DNA of 64,000 bases, taken from assembly GCA_016218575.1 (NCBI GenBank), contig JACRDN010000019.1, forward strand, positions 332,302 to 396,301. The letters run 5' to 3'. The notes under the pieces were generated by a model. That model did not search any database, was not told the DNA's origin, and saw nothing but the letters and a program-made list of their open reading frames with translations. Positions 19,051-27,917 of this stretch are shown here, piece after piece; the first letter of the stretch is position 1; each line of letters begins with the position of its first letter. A program made the position numbers and the translations under genes. The stretch is from Elusimicrobiota bacterium. Lineage in GTDB: Bacteria > Elusimicrobiota > Elusimicrobia > UBA1565 > UBA9628.

Positions 19051-19578
19051 CTAGCGCAATCCTCCAACCCTGTCAACCAAGCCTTGGGCGCGCAAAACCA
19101 GCTCCGCGGCCTCCCTGACCGCGGCCTCTCCCCCTCGGCTGCGGGTGACCCAGTGGGCCTTGGCCTTGACCTCGGGCCTGGCGTTGGGCACGGCCACGGC
19201 CAGGCCCGCGCGCTCCAAGACCGGGATGTCGGGCCAATCATCCCCCATGTAGAGGACTTCCTCGGCCTTGACCCCGGCCTCCTTCAGGATTTGATCAAAA
19301 ACATTCAGCTTGTCGAGGCGGCCTTGATGGATGTAGGAGACCTTGACGAGCTTCAGGCGTTCCTCCATGCCCCGGGAATTTCGCCCGCTGATGACCCCGG
19401 TCTTGATCCCGCATTGGGCGAGCCAGCCGAGAGCGATGCTGTCCTGGGCGTTGACCCCCTTGAGCTCCACCAGATTCCCGGAGGTGTCCACGAAGTGGTA
19501 GATGAGGCCGTCGGTGAGCACTCCGTCGATGTCGAGCAGGAAGACCTTGACGCGCCGGGCCCGCTCCTTGATCGTCAA
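19051..19578 (-). CDS. kdsC: 3-deoxy-D-manno-octulosonate-8-phosphate phosphatase (HAD family)
   Basis: FLLDIDGVLTDG (DxDGVLTDG motif), GVISGR, MGDDWPDIPV. Size (175 aa) and motifs fit KdsC. Confidence 0.85.
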   Translation of the reverse strand: MTIKERARRVKVFLLDIDGVLTDGLIYHFVDTSGNLVELKGVNAQDSIALGWLAQCGIKTGVISGRNSRGMEERLKLVKVSYIHQGRLDKLNVFDQILKEAGVKAEEVLYMGDDWPDIPVLERAGLAVAVPNARPEVKAKAHWVTRSRGGEAAVREAAELVLRAQGLVDRVGGLR

Positions 19579-22370
19579 GTCGGCCTCGTTTTAATTTTCA
19601 AGGCGTTGGCGACGCTGGAGAGGTCCCCCGCCGCGATGGACTCGAGCGCCAGGAGCAGGACGCGGCGACCGGCTTTCTTCAGGGCTTCGAAGTCGCCCCG
19701 AGCCTGGGCGCTGATCAAGGTCCCGAAGTGATAGGGACGGCCGGGAATTTCCAGGGCCGCTGGCCTAGCTTCGCAAATCATGATAAACACGCCCTTGGAG
19801 GGTCCCCCTTTATGGAGTTGGCCCGTGGAATGCAGATAACGGGGGCCATGCTCGAGGCAGACCGGGGCCGAGGTGAGAGCGCTGATTTGAGCGCGCAGCC
19901 CCTCCAGACTCCGGCGTTGGGATTCGGGATCGAGGAAGGAGAGAAGAGCCGCGTAATCCCCGGAGTTCAGGCGGCCCAAGTGCTTGGCGAGGACCTCGGA
20001 TAGGGGAGGGGACGAATCCGTCCACGCCTCGGCCAGGGGCGCGTCCGCCCACGCCGAAACCCCGCCCCAGCGCCAAGTCGGGCTCTCCTTGGGCAGAGCC
20101 CCCTTTTTCAGGGAGCTTAAAAGTTTCCGGGTCTGGTCCTTTGCGGACTGCACATCGGGTTGGTCGAAAGGATTGACCCCCATCAAATGCCCCGCCGCGG
20201 CCGTGGCGATTTCCCAAAGGAGGAACTGCGCGCCCAAATCGTAGACGTCGGCCATTTTGAGGGTGAGGACCGGTCTTCCCGCTTTCTCCAGGGCGAGCAT
20301 TTTCCCTTGAAGGGGTAGGTCCCCGGCCGCCGCGTCGAGGCTCACGTGGACGAAGAGGCGGTCGCCGCCGTAGGAGTCGTTCTTAGCCGGGGCTTCGCCC
20401 ACCACCGGCACGATTCCCTGGCCCTCCTTGCCGGTGGACTCCGCGATCAGTTGCTCCAGCCACAGGCCGAAAGGCTCGAGGCCGGGGGGCAGGCACAAAG
20501 TGAGCTTGTCCTGCCCCTTGGCGGCGTGGGCCGCCAAAGCCGCTCCCAGCCTTAGGGCGAGATTTTCCTCGGTGGCCTTGGCGGGAGAGAGCTTCTTGGC
20601 CAAATCTCGGGCCCGGCCGAGGAGCCTTTCAATGTCGATGCCCATGAGGGCCGCCGGCACCAGCCCGAAATAAGAAAGGGCGGAGAATCTTCCCCCCACA
20701 TCCGGGGGATTGAGGCAGGTCTTGCGAAAGCGCAGCTTGACGGCGAGATTCTCAAGGGAGGTGCCCGGGTCCGTGATCGCCATGAATTGGCGGCCGGCCC
20801 TGTCTCCGGAAAGCTTGGAGACCCGGTCGTAGAAATAGTCGAGCAGACAGCCGGGCTCGATGGTGGAGCCGGACTTGCTCGAGATCACGAAGAGCGCGCG
20901 CTTGAGGTTGAGCCGCGACTCAAGCCCCGCCACGGCCTTGGGGTGCGTGGAGTCCAGTATCTCCAGCTTCGGAAATCCTTTTCCCCGGGGAAAAGCGGTC
21001 CTGAAAACTTCGCAGACCAGGCTCGACCCCCCCATTCCCAGGACCACCGCGGTCTCGAATCCCTCCTTGACGATCTCGGCGGCGCAATTGCGGATGGGAC
21101 CTAGGGCCCCCGACATGCTGTCTGGCAAGGTGAGCCAGCCCAAGGAGTTCCGAATTGCCTTCTGATGGGCCTTGTCCGTTTTCCAAAGCGTGGGATCCTT
21201 TTGCCAGAGGCGGCTTGAGAACTGGGCCTTGGCCAGGCTGTCGAGGCCAGCACCCTCCGCCTGGACCTCTGCCTTAAGGAGCTCCCGCTTGGCCGAGATC
21301 TGGCCCATCAAGGTTTCGAAGGATTTCGAGAAGGCCTTGAGGCCCTCCTCCTCGAGATCTCGGCAGATCTGGGCCATATCCACCCCGAGCTTGCCGAGCC
21401 CCTCCCATTGCTCCCGGGCCTCGAGCGGGTCTTCCTCGAGACTGGGGCGGCAGGCGCCATGGTCGTAGAACGCCTCCAAGGTGGCCGGGGGCATGGTGTT
21501 GACGGTGTCCGCCCCGATGAGCTCCTCGACGTAGAGGACGTCCCGGTAATTGGGATTCTTGGTTCCCGTGGAGGCCCAGAGGAGGCGCTGGACCTGGGCG
21601 CCGGCTCGCTTCAAGACGGCGAAGCGTTCGGATGCGATTTGGCGCTTGTAGATCTGGTAGGCGAGTTTGGCGTTGGCGATGGCGGCCTTGCCCGAGAGAG
21701 CCCGTGCCTCGGGGGTCCCCAGTGCTGCAAGCCGCTTGTCCGCGGCGGTGTCGATGCGGCTGACGAAAAAACTCGCCACAGAGGCGACTTTGGATAGGTC
21801 TTTCTTCTGCGCAAGCCTCTTCTCGAGCCCGCGCAGATAGGCCGCGAGGGTCTTGGCGTAGCGCTCCTGGGAGAAAAGCAAGGTGATGTTCACCGGCACC
21901 CCGTCGGCGATGGCTTTCTCTACGGCGAGAAGCCCTTCCTCGGTGCCTGGGATCTTGATCATGACGTTGGGGCGGCCCACCAGGCGGTGCAGGCGCAGGG
22001 CTTCCTTGTGGCTGGCCTCGGCCTGCCGCGCCAAATGGGGAGCAAGCTCGATGCTGACGTAGCCGTCTTGTCCCTCGCTCTCCTCGTAGACCGGCTTGAA
22101 CAGGTCGGCGGCCGCGCGGATGTCCTCCACGGCCATGGTCTCGAACATCTCCTGGGGCGAGCGCGTCCCGCGGGTCATTTCCTGGATGGCAGGGTCGTAG
22201 TCGTTGGAGGAGCCGATGGCCTTCTCGAAAATCGTCGGATTGGAGGTGACGCCCTTGAGGCCCCAAAGCTCCGCCTTGCGCGCGAGTTCTCCAGAAACAA
22301 GCAGCCCCCGGCTGATATTGTCGTACCAGACGCTCACCCCGAAGCGCCCCAATTCCCGTAAAGGATTCAT
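19575..22370 (-). CDS. Bifunctional transaldolase / glucose-6-phosphate isomerase
   Basis: The N-terminal roughly 370 aa are transaldolase (SVWYDNISR...VTSNPTIFEKAI). The C-terminal half is PGI (...GGRFSALS..., sugar-isomerase fold). The 931-aa length fits known tal-pgi fusions. Its stop overlaps the kdsC start by 4 bp. Confidence 0.85.
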   Translation of the reverse strand: MNPLRELGRFGVSVWYDNISRGLLVSGELARKAELWGLKGVTSNPTIFEKAIGSSNDYDPAIQEMTRGTRSPQEMFETMAVEDIRAAADLFKPVYEESEGQDGYVSIELAPHLARQAEASHKEALRLHRLVGRPNVMIKIPGTEEGLLAVEKAIADGVPVNITLLFSQERYAKTLAAYLRGLEKRLAQKKDLSKVASVASFFVSRIDTAADKRLAALGTPEARALSGKAAIANAKLAYQIYKRQIASERFAVLKRAGAQVQRLLWASTGTKNPNYRDVLYVEELIGADTVNTMPPATLEAFYDHGACRPSLEEDPLEAREQWEGLGKLGVDMAQICRDLEEEGLKAFSKSFETLMGQISAKRELLKAEVQAEGAGLDSLAKAQFSSRLWQKDPTLWKTDKAHQKAIRNSLGWLTLPDSMSGALGPIRNCAAEIVKEGFETAVVLGMGGSSLVCEVFRTAFPRGKGFPKLEILDSTHPKAVAGLESRLNLKRALFVISSKSGSTIEPGCLLDYFYDRVSKLSGDRAGRQFMAITDPGTSLENLAVKLRFRKTCLNPPDVGGRFSALSYFGLVPAALMGIDIERLLGRARDLAKKLSPAKATEENLALRLGAALAAHAAKGQDKLTLCLPPGLEPFGLWLEQLIAESTGKEGQGIVPVVGEAPAKNDSYGGDRLFVHVSLDAAAGDLPLQGKMLALEKAGRPVLTLKMADVYDLGAQFLLWEIATAAAGHLMGVNPFDQPDVQSAKDQTRKLLSSLKKGALPKESPTWRWGGVSAWADAPLAEAWTDSSPPLSEVLAKHLGRLNSGDYAALLSFLDPESQRRSLEGLRAQISALTSAPVCLEHGPRYLHSTGQLHKGGPSKGVFIMICEARPAALEIPGRPYHFGTLISAQARGDFEALKKAGRRVLLLALESIAAGDLSSVANALKIKTRPT

Positions 22371-22381
22371 ATCTGTGTGTT

Positions 22382-22468
22382 GGTGTCAGACTTTTAACTT
22401 TTGCAACTTATACAACTTATTAGGACTATAAAAGTTCAAAAAGTTGCAAAAGTTAAAAGTCTGACACC
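22382..22468. repeat. Perfect 28-bp inverted repeat (arms 22382-22409 and 22441-22468, 31-nt AT-rich spacer) between rpiB and tal-pgi
   Basis: The left arm is ggtgtcagacttttaacttttgcaactt and the right arm aagttgcaaaagttaaaagtctgacacc, an exact reverse complement. The element is about 30% GC in a 65%-GC genome. The right arm overlaps the last five codons and stop of rpiB. Confidence 0.8.
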
Positions 22469-22908
22469 AGTCGTTCTAAGGCGATGACTTTGTCGCGGCG
22501 GCGGACGTGGCGCTCCGCGTTGGAGAACCTGGCCTTGAGCCAGACCCTCACGATTTCAAGCGCAAGTTCCGGGCCGATCACCCGCGCGCCCAGGCAAAGG
22601 ATGTTGACATCGTCGTCCTCCACGCCCTGGCGCGCCGAGAAGGTGTCATGGCAGAGGCCGGCCCGCGCGCCGCGCACCTTGTTGGCCGCGACACAGGCGC
22701 CTACCCCGCTTCCGCAAATCATGATGCCGCGCTCGGCCTTGCCGGAGACCACGGCCAAGGCCACCGCCTTGGCGTAGTCGGGATAATCGGCGGGCTCGGG
22801 CCCGTCCACCCCGAGGTTCAAGATTGCGTGTCCCTCCTTGGGAAGGATTCCCTCGAGCCGCTTCTTGAGTTCGTAGCCGCCGTGGTCGGCGCCTAAAGCG
22901 ATCCGCAT
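22453..22908 (-). CDS. rpiB: Ribose-5-phosphate isomerase B
   Basis: MRIALGADHGGYELK...ICGSGVGACVAANK...ILCLGARVIG is the canonical RpiB/LacAB family sequence, about 150 aa. Confidence 0.9.
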   Translation of the reverse strand: MRIALGADHGGYELKKRLEGILPKEGHAILNLGVDGPEPADYPDYAKAVALAVVSGKAERGIMICGSGVGACVAANKVRGARAGLCHDTFSARQGVEDDDVNILCLGARVIGPELALEIVRVWLKARFSNAERHVRRRDKVIALERLVSDF

Positions 22909-23636
22909 GCCCGATATTTTATCTTTTTCAAGGCTGAGAGGAAATCCCGGCGCAGGCCTGCGTCCCGGAAAAGGCCTCCGTGGAGCGCGATGGGAACGGG
23001 AGCGCTAAGGCGCAGCCTTGACGCCAAGGCGCGCGCGAGCGCGGCGAGTTCTTCGGCGGCCCTGCGCCGCAGGGCCCGCGCCTCAGGATTTTTTGCGGCC
23101 AAGGCCAGCACGCGCCGGGCGAGCCCCGCCGTCTGGCGCCTGCCGCGGCGGGCCCGCGCCGCGGCAGCTTTGGCAAGGAGAGCCTTGAGCTTGGGGCTCT
23201 CCAGCGCTTGGCTTGCGATCCAAAAGCCCGAGCCCTCGTCTCCGAGTATGGGGCCGAACCCTCCGGCTCTGGCCGAACGGCCCTCGGCGTTCCTGCCGAA
23301 CGCCACCGAGCCGGTTCCCGCGACGACCACGATCCCGGGCTTTTCCCCGAAAGCCTGCTCGAAGGCCAGTTCGAAATCCGGAATAACTCGTGTGGTCCTT
23401 GCCAGCGAATGAAGTCCCGCCGCGAGCTGCCTGCGGGCCGAGGCCTTGCCAAGACCGGTTCCGCCCACGGTGATGGAATCGAGTTTTCCCCATTTTCCCA
23501 CATGCTTGACCTGCCTCAATGCGGCGGGGAGTTCGTTCCACGGCACGGCGGGAAGCCGCATGCGCCGAGGTCTGCTCCCTGGAGAGTGAACCGCGATCCT
23601 GAGCCAAGTCCCGCCCAGGTCTATGACGAGGCGCAT
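22893..23636 (-). CDS. BadF/BadG/BcrA/BcrD-type ATPase / N-acetylglucosamine kinase-like
   Basis: MRLVIDLGGTWLRIAV (phosphate-1), VVVAGTGSVAFG (phosphate-2) and GDEGSGFWIA are ASKHA-fold sugar-kinase motifs. Confidence 0.65.
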   Translation of the reverse strand: MRLVIDLGGTWLRIAVHSPGSRPRRMRLPAVPWNELPAALRQVKHVGKWGKLDSITVGGTGLGKASARRQLAAGLHSLARTTRVIPDFELAFEQAFGEKPGIVVVAGTGSVAFGRNAEGRSARAGGFGPILGDEGSGFWIASQALESPKLKALLAKAAAARARRGRRQTAGLARRVLALAAKNPEARALRRRAAEELAALARALASRLRLSAPVPIALHGGLFRDAGLRRDFLSALKKIKYRACGSL

Positions 23637-24307
23637 CAGGGAGCCAGGGCCGGCCCCTTCTCTTTCTCGCCGAAAAGCCGGCGCAGGTTCTTTTCCAAGG
23701 CCTGGACCCAGGACAGGGCGCTTTCCCGCGCGGGCAGGGGCTGGCTTGGGTCCATGATCTTGCGGATCATGGCTTGAACCAGGTCGCGACGTGCGGCCAC
23801 GCTCTGGTTCAAGCGAATGCGGACCAAGGCCTCCCTCCCGGCCTGGGCCTCGGCGACGGAAACCTCGACCCGCCCAAGCACTAAGATGTCCCCGGGCTCC
23901 ACGGAGAGGGATTCATGGCGGTCAAGCTCCCTAGGAAACGGAAGCTGGTATTCCTGGCCTTGGGCCGAGATGCTCATGAGCGTTCGCCGGCCTCCGAAGA
24001 GCGAGCGCTCGGGGGCGAGGCGGTAAATCCCAGGCTCCACCTGGTAAAGATAGGACTGCCCCGGCTCCAAGGCGAGCCGGTAGATTTCGGAGCCGCTTTC
24101 CAGATTGAGGATGAATTTGCCGGAAGAGGCCTCCCCGGAGAGCTCCGTTGATATCTTGAGCCCGACCAGGAAGCCCCCGACGTTGCGGCTGGGCGGCTCG
24201 TGGAGCTCGGGGATGGTCCCGCGGCAGGCGGCGGCCAGACAGCAGAGGCTAATAATCCATTTGCCCGAGCTCAACGCCCTTGAAATACGCCTTGATGATT
24301 TCCTCAT
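23636..24307 (-). CDS. Hypothetical lipoprotein
   Basis: It has a lipoprotein-type signal peptide MRKSSRRISRALSSGKWIISLCCLAAAC and no recognisable catalytic motifs. It overlaps the upstream SpoIID gene by 59 nt. Confidence 0.5.
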   Translation of the reverse strand: MRKSSRRISRALSSGKWIISLCCLAAACRGTIPELHEPPSRNVGGFLVGLKISTELSGEASSGKFILNLESGSEIYRLALEPGQSYLYQVEPGIYRLAPERSLFGGRRTLMSISAQGQEYQLPFPRELDRHESLSVEPGDILVLGRVEVSVAEAQAGREALVRIRLNQSVAARRDLVQAMIRKIMDPSQPLPARESALSWVQALEKNLRRLFGEKEKGPALAP

Positions 24308-26282
24308 AGCTTTGTCCCGCCTCGGCCCGTCCCATGGCCCCGGATTGGCACAGCCCTACCGCGTGTCCCCAGCCCCCGCCGTGGAAAACCAAGGTCTCGG
24401 GCCTGGCGGCTCCCTTTTTGTACTCTGCGTCCACGATGAAGAGCGTGCTTCTCAAGGAGCCGATGCCGAGGAGATTGCGTATCTGCATCTCGGAATCTAT
24501 CTTGACCTTGCGCTGGGAGCCTTGGATCAGGATGGCGTTGACGTTTCCCGATGCGGAGCGGCGCAGGACCCGCAGGGAGAGAAGCTTGCCGGTCTTGTAG
24601 CGCCGGGCTATCTTCTCCTCAAGATCCTTGAAGGGGATGATCCGGGTCCAGCGGAAATGGGACGGGTGTGCGTAATTGGAGGGCTTGCAGAAGGCGGCGG
24701 GCCAGCCCAAAAGCCATCGTCTAAGCTCCCACGGAGAATCCACGGTTGCAGGCAGCCCCTGGCCGTCCGGGATGGAGGACCAGTACGAAACGTCTCCCCA
24801 GCCCGTGAGGTCGCTTCCGTTCTGGGTGTGCCCCCCGCAGTTGGAGGAATAAATGACATGGGCGACCTTGCCGTTGAAAACCGCGATGCGCCCGCGGGTG
24901 GCCTCCACGACCTCGCGGGAGCGCTGGCTCTCGGCGCGCACCCCGGCGTAGACCTGGCAATGCTGGTCGTCGCAGAGGTCGTAGCCCTCCCGGCGGTGGC
25001 GCCGGGAGATTTTTTGGATGAAAAGGGCGTGGCTTCTGGCGATCACGGCCTGGGCCTTCAGGGCCTCGAGCGGCGATCCGATGGGCATTTCGGCCGCCAC
25101 CACCCCGTGGGTGTAGTTCTCGAGATCGAGGGCGTTGACGATTCTAAGCCTCCCCTTGAACGGAGATATCTCGACGACACCGCGCAGGAGCTTGCCATCC
25201 ACCGCAATCAGGCCCTTGGGGCTCTGGGGCCTGACCACGACGGCTTGGCGCCTTTGGAGCATGGAGCGTCCCGAGGAATCATGGAGCGCTAGGAGCGCGC
25301 CTTTCTTGCCGCGCCTGATCCGCGCCTGCCAGGCCTCCCCGGTCTCGCCCTTCAGAAGTTTTTTGCCCGACGAGGCGTCCACGACCAAGAAGCTCGTCGT
25401 GGCCTCGAATTTAAGGAACTGCCGAGGCCTGGGCTTGCCCAACGCGGTGCTGCCGATGTTGATTCTGAGCTTGGGAACGCTCGCGCCCCCCGAGTCCGAG
25501 TCCACGATGTAGGGCTCGGGGCGGTGCAGGCCGGAGGGAGTGAGAATATCGGCGGGGCGGCGCGTCAAGCGCGGGCGGACTTTTTTGAGCCAGGCCGTAA
25601 AGCGCCGACTCAGGGGCTCGGCGTCCAGAATCTTCGAGAGTTGGCGCCAGGCTTGGTTGTAGTCCTTTTGCTTGAAATAGGCCCGGGCCAGGGGATCGCG
25701 GCCCTCAACGAAATAGGAGTCCGCCAGCACCGCGCGGCGGTAGGCCTCGGAGGCCTTGGCGGTGTTCCCCATCTTCTCGGAGGCCTGACCCTGGTAATAG
25801 GAGACGAGGTTGAGAAGGGGTGCGGCGGCCTGGGCCTTGTCGAGAGCCTCCAGGGCTTTCTTCGGGAGCCCCAAGTCGAGCTCGGCTCGCGCTAGTCCCA
25901 GCCACGCGTAAGCCGCCTCGGGGTCGCGCCGCGCGGCCTCGTAAAGCGCGGCGGAGGCCCCCTCGAAGTCCCCGGCCCGCCAGCGGGCCCAGCCCATGGC
26001 GGTGAGGACTTCGGGCTCCTCGGCGGATATCCTCGCGGCCCGGCGGAACCACTCCGCGGCTTTCTTGGGGTTGCCCAGCTCTTCTAGGACCACGCCCCCG
26101 TTGAGCCAGGCCTTCACTGTGGTCGAGCTTTCCTCGAGCGCCTTGCCGTAGCGGTCCAGGGCCTTGGGCTGCTGGCCTTGAAAATAGAAAGCGTTGCCTT
26201 GGGCGACGAGTTCGTCGGCGGAGGCGTCGGCGCGAGGGCTCAGGGTAAACAGCAGCGCCGCCCCGAGCAGGAAATTTCGCAT
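24249..26282 (-). CDS. TPR-repeat plus SpoIID/LytB-domain protein
   Basis: It has a signal peptide and N-terminal TPR-like repeats. The C-terminal domain has GYDLCDDQHCQVY and HGGGWGHAVGLCQSGA, the SpoIID/LytB (amidase-enhancer) hallmarks. Confidence 0.8.
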   Translation of the reverse strand: MRNFLLGAALLFTLSPRADASADELVAQGNAFYFQGQQPKALDRYGKALEESSTTVKAWLNGGVVLEELGNPKKAAEWFRRAARISAEEPEVLTAMGWARWRAGDFEGASAALYEAARRDPEAAYAWLGLARAELDLGLPKKALEALDKAQAAAPLLNLVSYYQGQASEKMGNTAKASEAYRRAVLADSYFVEGRDPLARAYFKQKDYNQAWRQLSKILDAEPLSRRFTAWLKKVRPRLTRRPADILTPSGLHRPEPYIVDSDSGGASVPKLRINIGSTALGKPRPRQFLKFEATTSFLVVDASSGKKLLKGETGEAWQARIRRGKKGALLALHDSSGRSMLQRRQAVVVRPQSPKGLIAVDGKLLRGVVEISPFKGRLRIVNALDLENYTHGVVAAEMPIGSPLEALKAQAVIARSHALFIQKISRRHRREGYDLCDDQHCQVYAGVRAESQRSREVVEATRGRIAVFNGKVAHVIYSSNCGGHTQNGSDLTGWGDVSYWSSIPDGQGLPATVDSPWELRRWLLGWPAAFCKPSNYAHPSHFRWTRIIPFKDLEEKIARRYKTGKLLSLRVLRRSASGNVNAILIQGSQRKVKIDSEMQIRNLLGIGSLRSTLFIVDAEYKKGAARPETLVFHGGGWGHAVGLCQSGAMGRAEAGQSYEEIIKAYFKGVELGQMDY

Positions 26283-26331
26283 TGACGGCAGCTAGTCTAG
26301 CAAAAACGCCGTAGCGCTTGGGCCTATGCGC

Positions 26332-27096
26332 TCATAAACGCCCGAGCTCCTTCTTGAGCTGATTGGGGAGCTGTTGGATGATAGCCCAATGGCTCTTAGG
26401 CAGGAAAGCCTTGAGTTCGTTGTAGAGGAACTTCTTGTCGACCGCCTCAAGCCTTTCTAAGACCTGCTTGCGCCGCGCCGCGATCGACTTCCTTTCCCCC
26501 ATCGGCTTGCGCAGGATGAAGTAGAGGTCGTAGAAGTCCCGTGGCTTGGCGCGCGAGAGAAGTGCGTCGACCTTCTCGTCAACGAGCAATTTCTCCGGCA
26601 GGCCGTAGACGTTGTAGTTCGGCACGAGGCCCGACGTAACCACGGAGAGCTCTCCCTTAAGGGGCTTCTGGCGCGTGGAGGCCTGCAGGAGGATCTCGAT
26701 CTCCCACGGTCCCATGGGGCCGCGCACGATGCCGAAGTAGCCGCCGCTCGTGGGCTTGGACTCGACGAGCGCCAGGCCTGAGATCTCCTGGGCGACGCGC
26801 TCGGCCGTCCGCTCGATCACGGCTTGCGTCTTGTGAAACGGCATGGCCGCGGTGAAGTCGAGGTCCTCGGAGAAGCGCGGGCTCTGGTAGACGATTCGCA
26901 GGGAGGTCCCGCCCTTGAACATAAGGCCGTCCGAGGCTGGGTCCGCGTACAGATGGGAGAGGAATACGTTCTGCGCGTACTCGCGCGCGACATTTTCATC
27001 GGTCGTGTGGAATTTTACCGCGAGCTGCTTGATCTCATCTGCCGATAGCATGGCCCACCCAGGAGAGGAAGGTCTTAGGCTTGAATAGGCGCGCAT
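26332..27096 (-). CDS. AbiEii/AbiGii-family nucleotidyltransferase toxin (DUF1814, type IV TA)
   Basis: LMFKGGTSL...RFSEDLDF is the NTase signature of AbiEii. A possible shorter start lies at 27051 (MLSADEIK). It is paired with the upstream AbiEi. Confidence 0.75.
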   Translation of the reverse strand: MRAYSSLRPSSPGWAMLSADEIKQLAVKFHTTDENVAREYAQNVFLSHLYADPASDGLMFKGGTSLRIVYQSPRFSEDLDFTAAMPFHKTQAVIERTAERVAQEISGLALVESKPTSGGYFGIVRGPMGPWEIEILLQASTRQKPLKGELSVVTSGLVPNYNVYGLPEKLLVDEKVDALLSRAKPRDFYDLYFILRKPMGERKSIAARRKQVLERLEAVDKKFLYNELKAFLPKSHWAIIQQLPNQLKKELGRL

Positions 27097-27625
27097 GCTG
27101 GAGAAGCTTCTTGCGGTCCACCTTTTTCCAGGCGATGCGCTCGTTGAGAGCCCGTTTCTTAAGGAACACTAGGAACAGGTAGTCGCACAGCGCTTTCTCG
27201 GGCTCGGCCATCAGCACCAGCTCGTCGCCGACTTTGCAGGGACGGTAGCCGGTGAAAGCCTCCTTCTTGATGGAATGGTACACGTAGCCGAAGTCGTCGG
27301 TCTCGATCTCCTTGGTGCGGCGCGTGGTGGCGGAGGTCACGGCATAGACCGTCTCGGGGATCAGGTGGTAATGCGCCAAGGCGCTCTCGTAGGAGATGTA
27401 GGACGGGCGATAGAGGGCGTTGGCGATCGCCATAGCCCCCGGCTTGCTCCAGGGCAGGCAATAGAGTCCGTTTCTGAGGCGGACGACGGCGCCCTGCCTG
27501 CTGCAGCGCTCGAGCGTCTTATAAGCGGTGGGCAAAGATAGCCCGAGCGTCCGCCGGAAGTCGGCGGTCGTGAAGAGACGGAGGCCCTTTTGGGCCAGCT
27601 TTTTCTGAATATTGAGTGCAGTCAT
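27035..27625 (-). CDS. AbiEi-family antitoxin / transcriptional regulator
   Basis: It has a wHTH-like N-terminus (FTTADFRRTLGLSLPTAYKTLERCSRQGAVVRLRNGLY) and a C-terminal PSYISYESALAHYHLIPE region typical of AbiEi_4 antitoxins. It overlaps the AbiEii gene. Confidence 0.7.
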   Translation of the reverse strand: MTALNIQKKLAQKGLRLFTTADFRRTLGLSLPTAYKTLERCSRQGAVVRLRNGLYCLPWSKPGAMAIANALYRPSYISYESALAHYHLIPETVYAVTSATTRRTKEIETDDFGYVYHSIKKEAFTGYRPCKVGDELVLMAEPEKALCDYLFLVFLKKRALNERIAWKKVDRKKLLQHARLFKPKTFLSWVGHAIGR

Positions 27626-27843
27626 GATTCGTACAATTGTGTACAGAAACCTGCTACGCTCATTTTAACAGGTCCGGGCTCCCGTTTCAAGGCGCAGAAG
27701 AACCCTGTAGGAGCCTTTAATCGAAAAACCTATTTGAGTATTCGGACCTCGGAGCCGTTTTTAGGCTCTTTTTTGGGCCCTTTGGGAGGTATTGCGTGAC
27801 GCTGAAGTTCGCCGATTTGTCGACGAGAATCGGGTGTGAAATC

Positions 27844-27917
27844 TGGAGCGGGCGATGGGAATCGAACCCACGTCCGAAGCTTGGGAAGCTTCTATTCTAC
27901 CATTGAACTACGCCCGC
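27844..27917 (-). tRNA. tRNA-Gly(CCC)
   Basis: The minus-strand sequence GCGGGCG-TA-GTTC-AATGGTA-GAAT-A-GAAGC-TTCCCAA-GCTTC-GGAC-GTGGG-TTCGATT-CCCAT-CGCCCGC-T-CCA folds into a cloverleaf. The acceptor stem is a perfect 7 bp. The anticodon loop TTCCCAA gives anticodon CCC. The T-loop is TTCGATT and CCA is encoded. Confidence 0.85.

Noticed and set aside
23636-24307. Possibility that the lipoprotein ORF is spurious because it overlaps the SpoIID/LytB gene by 59 nt
   Set aside because: It has a convincing lipoprotein signal peptide and normal composition, so I kept it as a gene. The long overlap may reflect a mis-set start that cannot be resolved from sequence alone.
27844-27917. Alternative tRNA identity
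   Set aside because: The anticodon loop TTCCCAA with CCC at positions 34-36 gives Gly(CCC), so I kept that identity. The D-stem has one G-T pair, which is acceptable.
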